From: a virus
Strand: one strand, 5' to 3'
Virus record (IMG/VR): IMGVR_UViG_3300033183_000058
Span: 1-64,000 of that record
DNA: 64,000 bases
Shown in pieces: positions 30,101 to 37,503 of the stretch (positions within the stretch are counted from its first letter, which is position 1; the number at the start of each line of letters is the position of its first letter). The translations under genes and the position numbers were made by a program. The notes beneath the pieces are model-generated. The model saw only the letters and a list, made by a program, of their open reading frames with translations, had not been told where the DNA came from and ran no database searches.

Positions 30101-31539
30101 AATTTAATTGCAGTGCCAACACCTTCTACATAATATTCTTTATCCTGGTATAAAGCAGGTTCTGTTGTGCCACGGAATTGAACTTTTAAGCCATTGGTAA
30201 ATTCTACACCGTTAGGGCTAGTATAAGCAGTTTTACCTACAATATCATCAACATCCAGTGTTAATTGATCAGCTTGATCAACAATTTTAATTACGCCAAA
30301 CTTAGTAGCATCATTGCCATCCTGATACCATAGTTGGTCCATGACTGCTGTTAATAGAGGTTGTTCCTCAAAGTAACCTTCTGCATTTTTCCAGAATGTT
30401 CTTGACGCATTTACTGTGCCATATTGTATTTCTACTTTTGAATTCTGTGCAACTGTCTGAATTGAGTTTAGTTTAATATAATCTCTACCATCAGGTCCTT
30501 CTACATATTCAATACGCCAAATTGAATAACGCTGTGCCTGTGTTGATATCTCTGTTTCCTGTGCATATGAATCTATATCAAAGTTAGCATTGTCAAATTG
30601 CTCAGTTCTGCGCCATCCTGATATCTCTGGATCAGTTTGCGTGTTGCGATTTAAAAAGATTAAAGTTCTACCTTCTAGATCTCTAATTTCATCAATACCA
30701 TCTGTATCTTCTAAGAAAGTGTCAACGTAACGACCATTAATTTGGTCAAATTTAAGATCAGTTGCTAGATCTACTTCGCCTAGATCAGTTAAATTAAAAT
30801 AAAAATTCTGTGCAGTTGAATCAGGAACATTAAACGTTACTGTGCCGTTATCTTCACCATTGTTGGTAACACCTAGTATACCTCTTGCTGATATGTTAGG
30901 GCTCTGTGTTAGACCACCCTGTGTTCCTGGTGATGCTTGTATCCAAAAAGGATTACCTGTTTGCCCTAGTTCAAATGTATAGTTGCCGCCTCTGACTAAA
31001 GTAATAGTTGGATTATCACCTGCTTGACCTTCAAGACTATATCCATCGTCACCTCTAGTAACTTCATAACTATCACTGGTAGCAATTTCTGTTGCTTGAA
31101 CATCAACTGAATCTGGGCCACCACTGAGCCAATAGTATTGGCTAAAGTTAACAAACTTGTCGTAGTCTATAAATGGGTCCCAGGTATAAAATTCACTTGA
31201 AAATAATCGATCGTGTCGGCTAGTATTACCACCCGCTACACCAATGGTATCAATTATCTCAGGATATGTAACTAAATCTTCAGTTTTAGTTGTATTTGCT
31301 TTTTTATATGTAACAGCTGGTTCTAATTGATAGTTAGTGCGTTCAGTATCGCTTTCTAATACATAACTGTCTGCAGGATTTACACCTAGACCATACTTAC
31401 GACCAATGTATCCTTCTACACGCTGTAGGCGTGATGGTTGAATCATTTGATCTAAAGTAGATGCTAGAAACTTTTTATTAGTCTCTGTTCTAAATATTTC
31501 AGGTAGTAGATCTACTGATCTTACTCTAGTTGTTGCCAT
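18136..31539 (-). CDS. Giant (4467 aa) baseplate wedge protein, positional gp7 equivalent
   Basis: Follows gp6 with 1-nt overlap; N-terminal LLPEIF, late IEEVKPYH motif, FG-GAP-like repeats, GDGST..F repeats, GSGY..P.VT repeats. Confidence 0.7.
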   Translation of the reverse strand: MATTRVRSVDLLPEIFRTETNKKFLASTLDQMIQPSRLQRVEGYIGRKYGLGVNPADSYVLESDTERTNYQLEPAVTYKKANTTKTEDLVTYPEIIDTIGVAGGNTSRHDRLFSSEFYTWDPFIDYDKFVNFSQYYWLSGGPDSVDVQATEIATSDSYEVTRGDDGYSLEGQAGDNPTITLVRGGNYTFELGQTGNPFWIQASPGTQGGLTQSPNISARGILGVTNNGEDNGTVTFNVPDSTAQNFYFNLTDLGEVDLATDLKFDQINGRYVDTFLEDTDGIDEIRDLEGRTLIFLNRNTQTDPEISGWRRTEQFDNANFDIDSYAQETEISTQAQRYSIWRIEYVEGPDGRDYIKLNSIQTVAQNSKVEIQYGTVNASRTFWKNAEGYFEEQPLLTAVMDQLWYQDGNDATKFGVIKIVDQADQLTLDVDDIVGKTAYTSPNGVEFTNGLKVQFRGTTEPALYQDKEYYVEGVGTAIKLLAVEDFKTPETYTDSETLPFDSTAYDASPWDESLNAPKDADYYTINRASLDKNAWTRSNRWFHVDVITKTAEYNNTTAILDQNLRAKRPVLEFKPGLRLYNYGTEALEEIDIIDLNQTDALSNVNGKTGYSTDGYGLVTGSRIIFANDLDPEVRNKIYQVELIDQDGVSSTAKIINLTEASDASITTDQVVYLSSGATLQGKAYRYNGTSWVEAQQKTSVNQSPLFDIFDSNGRSLGDNTYYPSTNFTGTKLFSYADGSGAVDPILNQKLKYLNIDNVGDIVFDNNLEKDTFTYTVDSTSTTKSINFGFVHNYTTRTAYDQEIGWKKHNNKSIQYQVLTFTWAGVDLICDVPAKTSVENPVIVYVNNVYQEPSRYSYTTSSTQTTVTFGTDYTPTAGDNVVVKLQSDLASTAGFYEVPDNLANNSVNGTFNDITLGTIRNHYIDLAQHITELSGSVLGKNNIRDLGDVVPYGNKIVQQGSPIQFAATFMRDSNINFFKALDFAATEYEKYKWKLVEAFSNNDFQGTVRDQLDQAIQFVNTGKENSMPFYWSDTIPCGDVYTETTYTVTAIDDSIFDLTQTYDFTKANYKGLLVYLNDEQLLYNTDYTVPANVARVDISKTLAVGDVLVIREYESTAGSYIPSTPTKLGLYGRYDPEIVSDDTYTETKNVIVGHDGSRTVAFGDARDDLLLEFEKRIYNNIKVDLTNTIPLCYQDVAPGKFRTTDYTQAEITDILGTSFLSWVAWNRLDYKDQDYDADDQKTWNYSSAQDTVDGELLLGHWRGIFNDFYDTDSPHVRPWEMIGFTEKPSWWNTKYGPAPYTSGNEVLWDDLEAGRIWDGTDSYTVDEKYKRTGLSSVLPITDEGELKTAFDTMTGNYDSLSLKKSWVVGDQGPVESAWRKSSAYPFAVMRLLALTKPAEFFALNADRDLYKRDSGLDQILYNGRSRITTSDLVIYGADTPKHSYINWSVDYARKQGIDTNTAIEETLDNMDVQLTYRMASYSDKEYLKIFTEKTSPNSNNTSLLLPDESYEIFLHNNEVFDTVEYSSVIIQKTDDGWAVYGNSKLDPYFEIFTSIPNGNYKTISVGSESVRVSSDYETAVTRIPYGYVFTSRSTMCDFLISYGRYLEAKGMVFDDVDNAYLLDWTQMIREFLYWSQQGWTTGSLININPNANRLYLQKDNTVVAPITGQTADDFILNQNLRAISNSDLVFNRQENEFEVKTVNENAISYAKMKMTSYEHVLVFDNSSIFNDLIYDPITGSRQNRLKVVGYNTGDWNGNIEAQGFIFNFDNVVEWAGIKRYAKGDIVLYKNQYYAAAESVPPSDTFDYSKWLETEYDQIKKGLLPNLNLKTDQLRNYYDHNIANLETDADQLGFHLVGFSERDYMTNMGLTDISQVRVYENFIGNKGTNRAVDLFKSARLPKELADYSVSENWAVKQGTYGASANRSFYELRLDESLMSANPATTGLAVSDSRTDVDQTVILSDIYKQSYKITSANVLPTVEYVSSENNLSTAGYVNTDDVDIQTWDLSNLGLITPYLETLGEGTTIWVAKDNSHDWNIYRAGTVEPTLLSATDNLDGTTTLSFQGNHGLAKDDIIIVRFFDAAINFAYRVQSVPALHKVTILQSLPADITVVESEGVVFKLNSVRVAQPSDTADLPFANELDPGNRVWINDNGSDKWQVIEKVNPFEKQNSFEPYGVYENTVTDEDLVNTNFGSSVAQNANNLTALVGADNYDGGNGAVFTFVETANNKFAQNSILTGSSASNLEGYGNDVAFADETWGLAGASESNNGEGYVWVLKQENSNQISEHQLMVNPSDANDEANYGHAVAISDDGRWAYVSAPGKNSVYAYQRVDRQVQQFRSTGDGSTRQYDLTGFVLADDADQLVVVVNNVELETNEYSFTSTVSSTGVLTLDTAPGDGETVVVTRRETVTLTGDGSTEIFDITGLYTADGFNSIFVTVDGIVQIPKIDFDFSYDSSDTFTFENAPADGATITVRSSDYFEYVSSIVGSVGEDFGYSLATTTDGRQVIVGARTAGGEGKVYVYDRDVERIVVTDDTDKTYVSDKSPQGRVAVSINGEYLTNKAHYLGGTYTLSGSTVTLDTAPNLGDFVEIETNNFMLLDTVTKTESSADAEFGYDVTICPTNCSLYASAPYDSLVGPEQGSVQRAVNQSRLYGTITGTVANPTVTQGEKIRINNVVVEFTGTTLDQVVEDINDAVIPNVTATKTNNKLTISLTNINAGAVSNKLYVYPAGDNSDALDDLGLEIFKSVQTITSPVPVNNSRFGQSLSVSSDALTLVVGSPRGVSQLPTTFDSETTEFDGNATEIKEVVTQSGSVYTFDYLSSAPDIISNPGKFVVGQQISDIVVSELAEFGHAVDYKSGSVIVTSPGHTAGDGSSTVGRIAIWDNPNREFAWKVIREEESVVDIDRINTGFIYDRLDKEVKANLDHFDPLQGKILGAVRQNIDIIGPTDPAQYNLGAVNNSGQTWGAESVGKIWWNTENIRFINYYQGDSEYRAKRLGQLFEGSVAEFYEWTESSQPPAQYSGQGQVLSTENFVVKTSVAVSGTIETKYYFWVKDNPNVGRGKTLSSLTMKQYTEDPKSSGIAYFTPLDSSTLALYNSQEYLSAKDRILHVEFDKVKTDNNVHVEYELIKTNDPTEFLSTQLYKKFVDSYAGVDSIGNKVPDPFLSEADSYGVEFRPRQSMFEDRFTALKNYITRANKVFAEHPITEMRTLDILASEEATPASGSGAWDKKLNTYDELTYQNLKLVATGYKYLVVNDSTNGNLWTIYEVQADDSLLLTRVQNYKTSNYWSYVDWYAEGYSSLDKPKEEVASYSRLVTVENLVVEGDIVKVTANADSKFELYERTATGWSRIGLEDGTIAINTSVYDYSTGRNGFDVEVFDAQYFDAEPVVETRQIIKSINDEILIDDLADHRIDLINLTFEYIKSEQTAVNWLMKTSLVDIQHTLRDLIPYDIYQVDNQEFVEKYIEEVKPYHVQIKEFTLKYNGDELFYGDATDFDLPAQYDEVETTFISPRLSDDGKVGSYPSTANIWSTGNYTSWYNNYSLSIDSVSITEGGSGYLTAPEVTVTGTATTTAVLKARINTAGEVVEIEVVNAGEGYTEPPTITISGGSGSGATAVAITSPGAVRSYKTTIKYDRYEYQSEIVDWEANETYDAGDLVRYNNKVYRAKNEDDSALVVSGATFDPDDFELVTADELTGVNRTRGYYTPAVDEPGIDLGLLIAGIDYPGVQVKGVLYSQNTGFDIGNYDINPYDNLDFGDEGEPTYSPSLLDTKYAPGDYTDTYLGTQVSDINVDGGAYIDTYSSHSPEELVPSSIFDTLNIKVFTRPGFDYNEDGHGAPFKSEMFEYTGVESTFSFANLVENPFAVRAFNATTGLTLRFEYVTPAENTVDYTVDWLNKTITFNGNNISVGDVLRIESYGIGGGNQLWVDNYDVGDILIDDSSEGAYIDVPVAFDEIYEAMIKVNGSRVTNYTFREVDDYTTRITFGDQDLDNNGTSDWDKVKEFSTEPLEDGDYMAVAIFGYDGRDPSSIPGYVTHDESLPHSSSHPTSQIMYGDNTTTEFVLENDIQGHNAYTAVVEVDGKRLTPAEGLEFTADGSSAIYYLNLTNWKTTEDLFQTLIADNDVHVFVDYKELKLYEDFTLSPADASSIRYVELNEVPDADADIKIFVETSAEYKISYSGVPVSDSLNRITFNTAPITGARILVTTDNNTSELDILTRCFNGPTAIGSVLTVGFDSEASGFDSATFDETTGQVTDLSQYDLDRTITRPDRLRVTVNGLRKYLGRDWRINADGQTLEFLSTTVSDNDVVVVTLQTEKQVPDTLDFAIFKDMRDNNVIYRTNKDYRTELAQALTADADTIYLKDASKVSAPDLANNIFGVVTIDGERITYRERDVTNNTISGLRRGVAGTGASAHAVDAVVYDTSLGTKLDYAYNKTLYELPTVDDGSTVRTTKSLQDANTVPAKFLRGENS

Positions 31540-34500
31540 TAAGCGACTCCACTGTTAGTTGCTGTTCTTAATACTGTTGATGTTAGTGCGTCTACCACTT
31601 CAACGTCGTTGACTGTGGCCGCATTAACAAATATTTCATTTGGTGCTGAACGAATTTCATATAAATCACCAAATGACTTTGTTGGATCACTTGGAACCAG
31701 AACAACACTTGATACAATATCACCTAGTTGTTCATGTAGATATGCTGATAATTCTGAGAAATAAAATGTATCACCAAAGTCCCATTTATCAATTGTAAAA
31801 TATTCATTCATTGCTTCAATTACACGTGATTTAATTTCACTGGTTGAAGTAATTACGCCCTGATACTTGATAACTTTAATTGTTGCCTGTAGTTCGCTGG
31901 CACTCTTTGCACCAAATAGTGGTTTAAATTTAACAGAATTCATAATCATGTTGTCACTCAACATCTTATAATCCTGTAGTCCTGCATAAGCAACTGTTAA
32001 TTCATCAATGGTAGGTCTTGTTGGTTCTGTAACTTTGCCAGTTGTATCATTAATCCAGTTTTGATATGCTGTATAGTAAGCATTAGTTGCCAAATATAGA
32101 TCAACAATGTTGGTAATCGCTGGATCAATTCTATGTCCATCACCCGAATTATGTTTATAATGGAAATATAAATTCTGTCGACCTGTTTTTGCTTCGTAGT
32201 CTGTGGTCTGTGTCAGTGTATATGTCGTGCCTGACACTGTAAGTTCATAAAACTTTTCATCAGTTATGCCATAAAATACTTGTCCGTCTAGATATTCTGT
32301 TTTTGCTAGTTCCATAGCATCTAGATCAGCATACAGTGTATTAACAACTCCACTGGCTACTGGCACATATCTTTCTAGGTTGTCAAAGTCTGTAGTTTTC
32401 TGCAGGAATACTTTTTTAGTTGCGGCATTTACTGTTGGCGCCACAATGTCCTTAAAGATGTCTGGGTTATCTGCTACACCATCTGCATCTGAGTCTGCAT
32501 AACTCACTAATACTTTAAAGTTGTCAATAAATCCATCTGTTTCAACTGTTTGACCAACAACATCTAATTTAATATCTGTTGACAGTGCTGAATTTGAATC
32601 AGGTTGTGAATTCATTTTAATAACATTTACAAAGTCATTGACTACTTTACCAGTAGTAGCGTCATAAATGTTGTCATTGTCATCATAGATAAATCTATTT
32701 TCTGCTACTGAAGCAAAATAATAATTTAAATTACGATATTTTACTGTATAGGTAGTGCCATCTGTGGTAAACTGTGCTAACCATGATGCATCTCTCTGTA
32801 GTCTGTCTGTGTTTTTAGCATAACTTAGGCTAAATTCAGCATCTTCGTCTAGGTTGTCTGCTGAAATAATATACCAGTCACCTGTTTGATTATCGAAGCC
32901 TATACCAAAGTCTCTATAAAGTTCAACTTGCTCAATCATTGATGTTTCAATTGAGTTTGGAATGTCTGTTACAAACACTGGAATTATTTCAGTGACATCA
33001 GCACCTGTTGGTAAGAAGTCATTTAGTGTTACAGGACCAGATCCATCGCTTAAATTACCGTCACCAAAGTTAGTGCCGTCTCCTGTTAAACTTGTCACAG
33101 TTGCCCATACAACTAATTTCTCATCAGCACCTGTTGGTGTGCCTGCTTTTAATTTATTATTACTATCAAAATAATATCCTGTTGGTGCCTCGAATTTAAT
33201 TAATGCACCGTTGACAATGTATTTTGTATTACCCGAAGCAATTTCTCCAACTGATATTGGATTACCAGCGGCATTTTTAAAATAACCTGTTGACTGATTA
33301 GTTGTTGTAGTTGACTGTTGCCATAATATGTCTGTTGATGTTAGATCAATTCTAGCAAATTTATCATTATAAAAATGACGCATACTGCGATCTGCTAGTT
33401 TAGGCTCTAGTGTGTTTACAATAGCACTTGAAATATCATTAGTGTCAACAAAGGTAAATGTAAAGTTTGGATCAAGATATTCTTGATATATCATGCCGTC
33501 ACTGCAGAATGAATTAGTAGATGAATATTTGCCTGTTGGATCTAATAAATCCAAATATCTATTAAGACCAATACTTGATCTGCCAACTGCTTTTGATTTT
33601 AATATTGATGTATACTGTGTGTATGGGAAGTTATTGTAGTCTTCACCATTGACCATTCTATTCTGTGTATAGAATCTAGCAGGAGCTCTAGTTTTAATTT
33701 CATCTAGTGTTTCTCTTGCTTTGGCATTTGTTACAGGTTCTTGTAAGCCAAGTGTAAATATAATAGTTTCGTTTCTGCCATTACGTGATGTATATGGTAA
33801 GCTCACTGTCACTGATTGAATTTCGTTTGGATTAATTACATATTCTAAACCATTTGAAGTTCTTAGATATGTTCTATATGTGCCTACAGGTATTTTTGAA
33901 AATACACCATCACCAAAATTAATTGTAATAGTATCATTAGCACCTGACTCCACTGAATAAACTGTTCTTTGTTGTCCGTCTACTGAAGGTGTAGCACCTA
34001 CACCATAAATTGAATCTACTTTAGTCCATTCAGTTAATAAATTATTTTCAACTTCAAATAACCACACGTCTGAATTATTAACACCATCTATAGCAACGTC
34101 AACTTCTCTGTTTGAAATGCGTTCACCTAGATTAAATTGTTGATTAACTAAACTACCTTGTTTGAATAGGAAGAAGTAACCAGTATTTGCTGAGCCATAG
34201 CCTAGTTTATCGTTACGATAAAGAACATTCATTTGTCCATCGGGCTGTGGTGCTGGTTCATAGATATATGTTTTGTCTGCTGATGTTGCTGATGTTACTT
34301 CAAATGTCATACCTACGCCATCTACAGTAGCATCAAAAGGCACAACTGGCAAATAACCAGAAGTTACATTTAATTCATATTCATCTGTTTGCACACCTAG
34401 TAGACTTTGACCGTGACCTGGACGACCATAACGTTGACTACTGACCATAGCGGCATTCATAACAGCATTAAATTGCTCAAACCAATCACCATTGGTAGCA

Positions 34501-34937
34501 TCATTCCAACGCACTGTTACACCTGATAAATTTAGACCATTGTAGTCAGTAACTGATTCAGTAGTTGATACTGCTGTAACTTTAATATAGCCCTGTGCGT
34601 TTTGATTACGTTTAGGTTTATATCCAACTAGCTCTGCTAGTTTAACTACTGATTCTCTACGCTCTGCTGTGTCAATAAAGTTTTCACGTGCATTTAAGTC
34701 ATTGCGGAAAGCAAGACCTTGTCCCATAAAGGACATAAGATCTAATAGAGCAATAAACTCACTGGATTCAATAAAGTCATTGAATGTCTCAGGATAATAT
34801 AATCTGAGATAGTCAACCATTGACTTTCTTAGAGTCTCGTAGTCGTAACTTTGTAGGTCTGCTTCACGGAAAGTCTGATATAATCTCTTCCAGTCCTCCG
34901 CTCCAAATATTGCTGTTTGTCTAGTAGTTTTCGCCAT
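31539..34937 (-). CDS. gp6: Baseplate wedge subunit gp6-like
   Basis: YDYETLRKSMVDYL..FNDFIESSE, ENFIDTAERRESV..LA..VGY.P, ETLDEIK.RAP..FYTQNRMVNGEDY; adjacent to gp25. Confidence 0.88.
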   Translation of the reverse strand: MAKTTRQTAIFGAEDWKRLYQTFREADLQSYDYETLRKSMVDYLRLYYPETFNDFIESSEFIALLDLMSFMGQGLAFRNDLNARENFIDTAERRESVVKLAELVGYKPKRNQNAQGYIKVTAVSTTESVTDYNGLNLSGVTVRWNDATNGDWFEQFNAVMNAAMVSSQRYGRPGHGQSLLGVQTDEYELNVTSGYLPVVPFDATVDGVGMTFEVTSATSADKTYIYEPAPQPDGQMNVLYRNDKLGYGSANTGYFFLFKQGSLVNQQFNLGERISNREVDVAIDGVNNSDVWLFEVENNLLTEWTKVDSIYGVGATPSVDGQQRTVYSVESGANDTITINFGDGVFSKIPVGTYRTYLRTSNGLEYVINPNEIQSVTVSLPYTSRNGRNETIIFTLGLQEPVTNAKARETLDEIKTRAPARFYTQNRMVNGEDYNNFPYTQYTSILKSKAVGRSSIGLNRYLDLLDPTGKYSSTNSFCSDGMIYQEYLDPNFTFTFVDTNDISSAIVNTLEPKLADRSMRHFYNDKFARIDLTSTDILWQQSTTTTNQSTGYFKNAAGNPISVGEIASGNTKYIVNGALIKFEAPTGYYFDSNNKLKAGTPTGADEKLVVWATVTSLTGDGTNFGDGNLSDGSGPVTLNDFLPTGADVTEIIPVFVTDIPNSIETSMIEQVELYRDFGIGFDNQTGDWYIISADNLDEDAEFSLSYAKNTDRLQRDASWLAQFTTDGTTYTVKYRNLNYYFASVAENRFIYDDNDNIYDATTGKVVNDFVNVIKMNSQPDSNSALSTDIKLDVVGQTVETDGFIDNFKVLVSYADSDADGVADNPDIFKDIVAPTVNAATKKVFLQKTTDFDNLERYVPVASGVVNTLYADLDAMELAKTEYLDGQVFYGITDEKFYELTVSGTTYTLTQTTDYEAKTGRQNLYFHYKHNSGDGHRIDPAITNIVDLYLATNAYYTAYQNWINDTTGKVTEPTRPTIDELTVAYAGLQDYKMLSDNMIMNSVKFKPLFGAKSASELQATIKVIKYQGVITSTSEIKSRVIEAMNEYFTIDKWDFGDTFYFSELSAYLHEQLGDIVSSVVLVPSDPTKSFGDLYEIRSAPNEIFVNAATVNDVEVVDALTSTVLRTATNSGVA

Positions 34938-34957
34938 AATATTTCTCTGTTATCCAA

Positions 34958-34964
34958 TATTTAT
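34958..34964 (-). promoter_or_regulatory. T4-type late promoter (ATAAATA)
   Basis: Upstream of gp6 start. Confidence 0.6.
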
Positions 34965-34991
34965 CACTTGGATAAACTGTGTATATTATAA

Positions 34992-35366
34992 TTACTGGGC
35001 TAAAACTGTATTTTTATTTTGATCAAAAAATAAGGATAAACGTTGAACTTCTGTGGTAGGTAATACTGTAACATCAAGTTCTATTAGGACTCCGTTTTCC
35101 TGAGGATATACTGTTTGTCTTTCTAATTTTACTCTAGGGTCTTGTTCAATGGTTCTACGTAGTTCTACTTCAATGTCTTGCATGACTTCATCTGTCATTG
35201 GTTCAAATATTATGTTCCATATTGAAGTGCCGTAACTAGGATTACCAGGTTTTTCTCCCTGTTTAATTAATAGACTGTTGAGAATATCTCGTTTAACTAA
35301 TTCGTAGTCTTCTAAACGAAATTTCTTTTCTTGTCCAATTGTATTAAATCCGTAGTAGGTTGCCAT
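34992..35366 (-). CDS. gp25: Baseplate wedge subunit gp25-like
   Basis: LVKRDILN...GEKPGNPSYGT.I..IIFEP...DPRV motif, 124 aa, between gp5 and gp6. Confidence 0.9.
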   Translation of the reverse strand: MATYYGFNTIGQEKKFRLEDYELVKRDILNSLLIKQGEKPGNPSYGTSIWNIIFEPMTDEVMQDIEVELRRTIEQDPRVKLERQTVYPQENGVLIELDVTVLPTTEVQRLSLFFDQNKNTVLAQ

Positions 35367-35374
35367 AATAGTAT

Positions 35375-37495
35375 TTATTCGCCGGTGATTGTTGGATTGT
35401 TAATGGTTGCATTAACTGTGTCAGTTATGCCTTGATCGTTAATTGTGTTTGAATATCCACCCGGTGAACTAAATGCTGACACTGTGGTAGACACTTTTTC
35501 ATCTGTAAATGCTACAGCAAACTGTCCGTCTCTCACTGACTGTGATATTCCATTTTTAGTTACTGAATTTAAATCTCTACCTTTGGCCCATTTAACTGTG
35601 TTGTCTACTCCATACTCTACCGAACCTGTGAGTATACCACCTAGGTCTCCGGGTGCTTCTGTGCCTTTTAATACACCATTGGATCTTAATTTTGAGAAAC
35701 TGTCTTGCATGGTCAACTGCACTGCCGACTCCTGTGCTGATGTTGAATTTAAAAATGCTGGTAAGTCACTGATGCCATCTTTTTCTGTCCAGAAGTTAGT
35801 GTTGTTTAATAGTCGTTCAGTGTCTGCAGGATCCTTAAGATAGTTTGCTGTAGTTCCTGGTGTTAGATACCCTGCACGTTCTAATTGTTCTGCTGATATT
35901 CCAAACTTACCTGCACCTTTTGCCAGACTAAAGTCTTGATAACCTTGACCAGTATTTTTAGCAATCTGTGCTTTAATACCTGTTAATTGATCTTGATTCA
36001 ATGTGCCAATTTCAACAGTTGCTCTTTCTACACTGGTATAGTCATCAATAGCAATACCGTTAGGTGAAAATTGTGCCGCTGACTGTAGAGCTTCTGTGGT
36101 ATATTCTGGAAATTCTGTGTTTAATGTTCCTGTGTAGTCTACAGAGTTCTGTGTTCCTCTGTTGTGATATGGCCATGGTTCATGTGAGGGCACTCTAGTA
36201 GCAATAGTTTCTAACTGCCCGCCTTGTGCTGTCCATTCGGTAGTAAACTCTGTGTCTGCTACTTTATTTTTTCTTATACCTGTAGCCGCTGATACTGGAA
36301 CACCTGCACCCGAATTAAGTGAAATACAGTCTGCTGAAAATACTAGACTGTCGCCTCCATCAAATGATCCTAATTCTTCTGCGTCTAAAGCCAAGACATT
36401 ATCTGAACGTGCTACTAATTTTAATTTCGAATATAATTTTAATTCTGCTTCACTGCGAATACTTGTCAATGTAGACTCTAATTTCATATTAGCATTACTA
36501 AACGCATTAAAGTTTCTACCTGCATACATGTTAATATCATTGTCAGCATGTAGATTAATATCACCTTTGGTTCTTACGTTGACTGAATTAGTAGAAAATA
36601 CATCTAGTGTTCCTTCTCGGCCTAGTTCAACCCAAGCATGTCCATTGGCATGTGTAATATAAATTGAGTTGCCACTGTCACTGAGTGTAATTTGATGACC
36701 TTTTGATGTTCTAATACGAACTAATTGATCATTTCCGTCTTTATCACCGTCATCCATGACAAAACTATGACCGCCTCGTCTAGCCAGTGTATTAATTAGT
36801 GTAGCGTCAACTGCGATTGCAGGCCCTGGTGTTGAAAAGCCAAATACTTTTGAAGGTGATTCTCTGTGACTTGATGATCCAATAACACCTCTAACAGGAT
36901 CTCTTAATAGTCCTTGAAATGCTAGTTGTCCTGCTAATACATCATGGACAGGTTTTGCTCTGTTATAAAATTGAGGATCTTCAGATATGTCAACTGATTT
37001 TACATTAATTTCAGTTACTGGCAGTTTATTATATGTGTCGCCCCAGTTTGATGTTTTAACATAGTTACTGGTAGCACCAATTGCAGGTAGCATGTGACCA
37101 ATACCTGGTTCTATAATACTGCCAAGATAGTAGCCTAGGTTAGGATCACCATTGGCAAAGAAACATAATACTTTAGTGCCAATGTCAGGTGCTGACCACC
37201 ACATACCATAACTCTGTCTATTAAAAAAGTCGCCTGTTTCATCAGCGCCAAAGTTTTGATTATTTTGATTAGTTACACCCATGTAAGGAGAAAGGTAACT
37301 CACAGTTCTCCATGATGCTGGGTCGTTTTCATTACCGCCGTAGGTTTCTAAATATACCTGTATCCTACCGGAACGTGTTGGGTCAATATTATTTTTTACT
37401 ATGCCTACTAAAGGGCCTGGTGTAGTAACTGCACCGCCTTTATCATATTTGTAAGCACCTGCTTGTCCAATATTTCTGTTTATATTTTCTGCCAT
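35375..37495 (-). CDS. gp5: Baseplate central spike gp5-like (OB fold + beta-helix) with extra C-terminal domain
   Basis: GIVKNNIDP.RSGRIQV, SYGMW..PDIGTKVL.FF.NGD, GGHSFVMDD, IRTSKGHQI, beta-helix repeats, RVPSHEPW. Confidence 0.8.
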   Translation of the reverse strand: MAENINRNIGQAGAYKYDKGGAVTTPGPLVGIVKNNIDPTRSGRIQVYLETYGGNENDPASWRTVSYLSPYMGVTNQNNQNFGADETGDFFNRQSYGMWWSAPDIGTKVLCFFANGDPNLGYYLGSIIEPGIGHMLPAIGATSNYVKTSNWGDTYNKLPVTEINVKSVDISEDPQFYNRAKPVHDVLAGQLAFQGLLRDPVRGVIGSSSHRESPSKVFGFSTPGPAIAVDATLINTLARRGGHSFVMDDGDKDGNDQLVRIRTSKGHQITLSDSGNSIYITHANGHAWVELGREGTLDVFSTNSVNVRTKGDINLHADNDINMYAGRNFNAFSNANMKLESTLTSIRSEAELKLYSKLKLVARSDNVLALDAEELGSFDGGDSLVFSADCISLNSGAGVPVSAATGIRKNKVADTEFTTEWTAQGGQLETIATRVPSHEPWPYHNRGTQNSVDYTGTLNTEFPEYTTEALQSAAQFSPNGIAIDDYTSVERATVEIGTLNQDQLTGIKAQIAKNTGQGYQDFSLAKGAGKFGISAEQLERAGYLTPGTTANYLKDPADTERLLNNTNFWTEKDGISDLPAFLNSTSAQESAVQLTMQDSFSKLRSNGVLKGTEAPGDLGGILTGSVEYGVDNTVKWAKGRDLNSVTKNGISQSVRDGQFAVAFTDEKVSTTVSAFSSPGGYSNTINDQGITDTVNATINNPTITGE

Positions 37496-37503
37496 GTGTC
37501 TAT

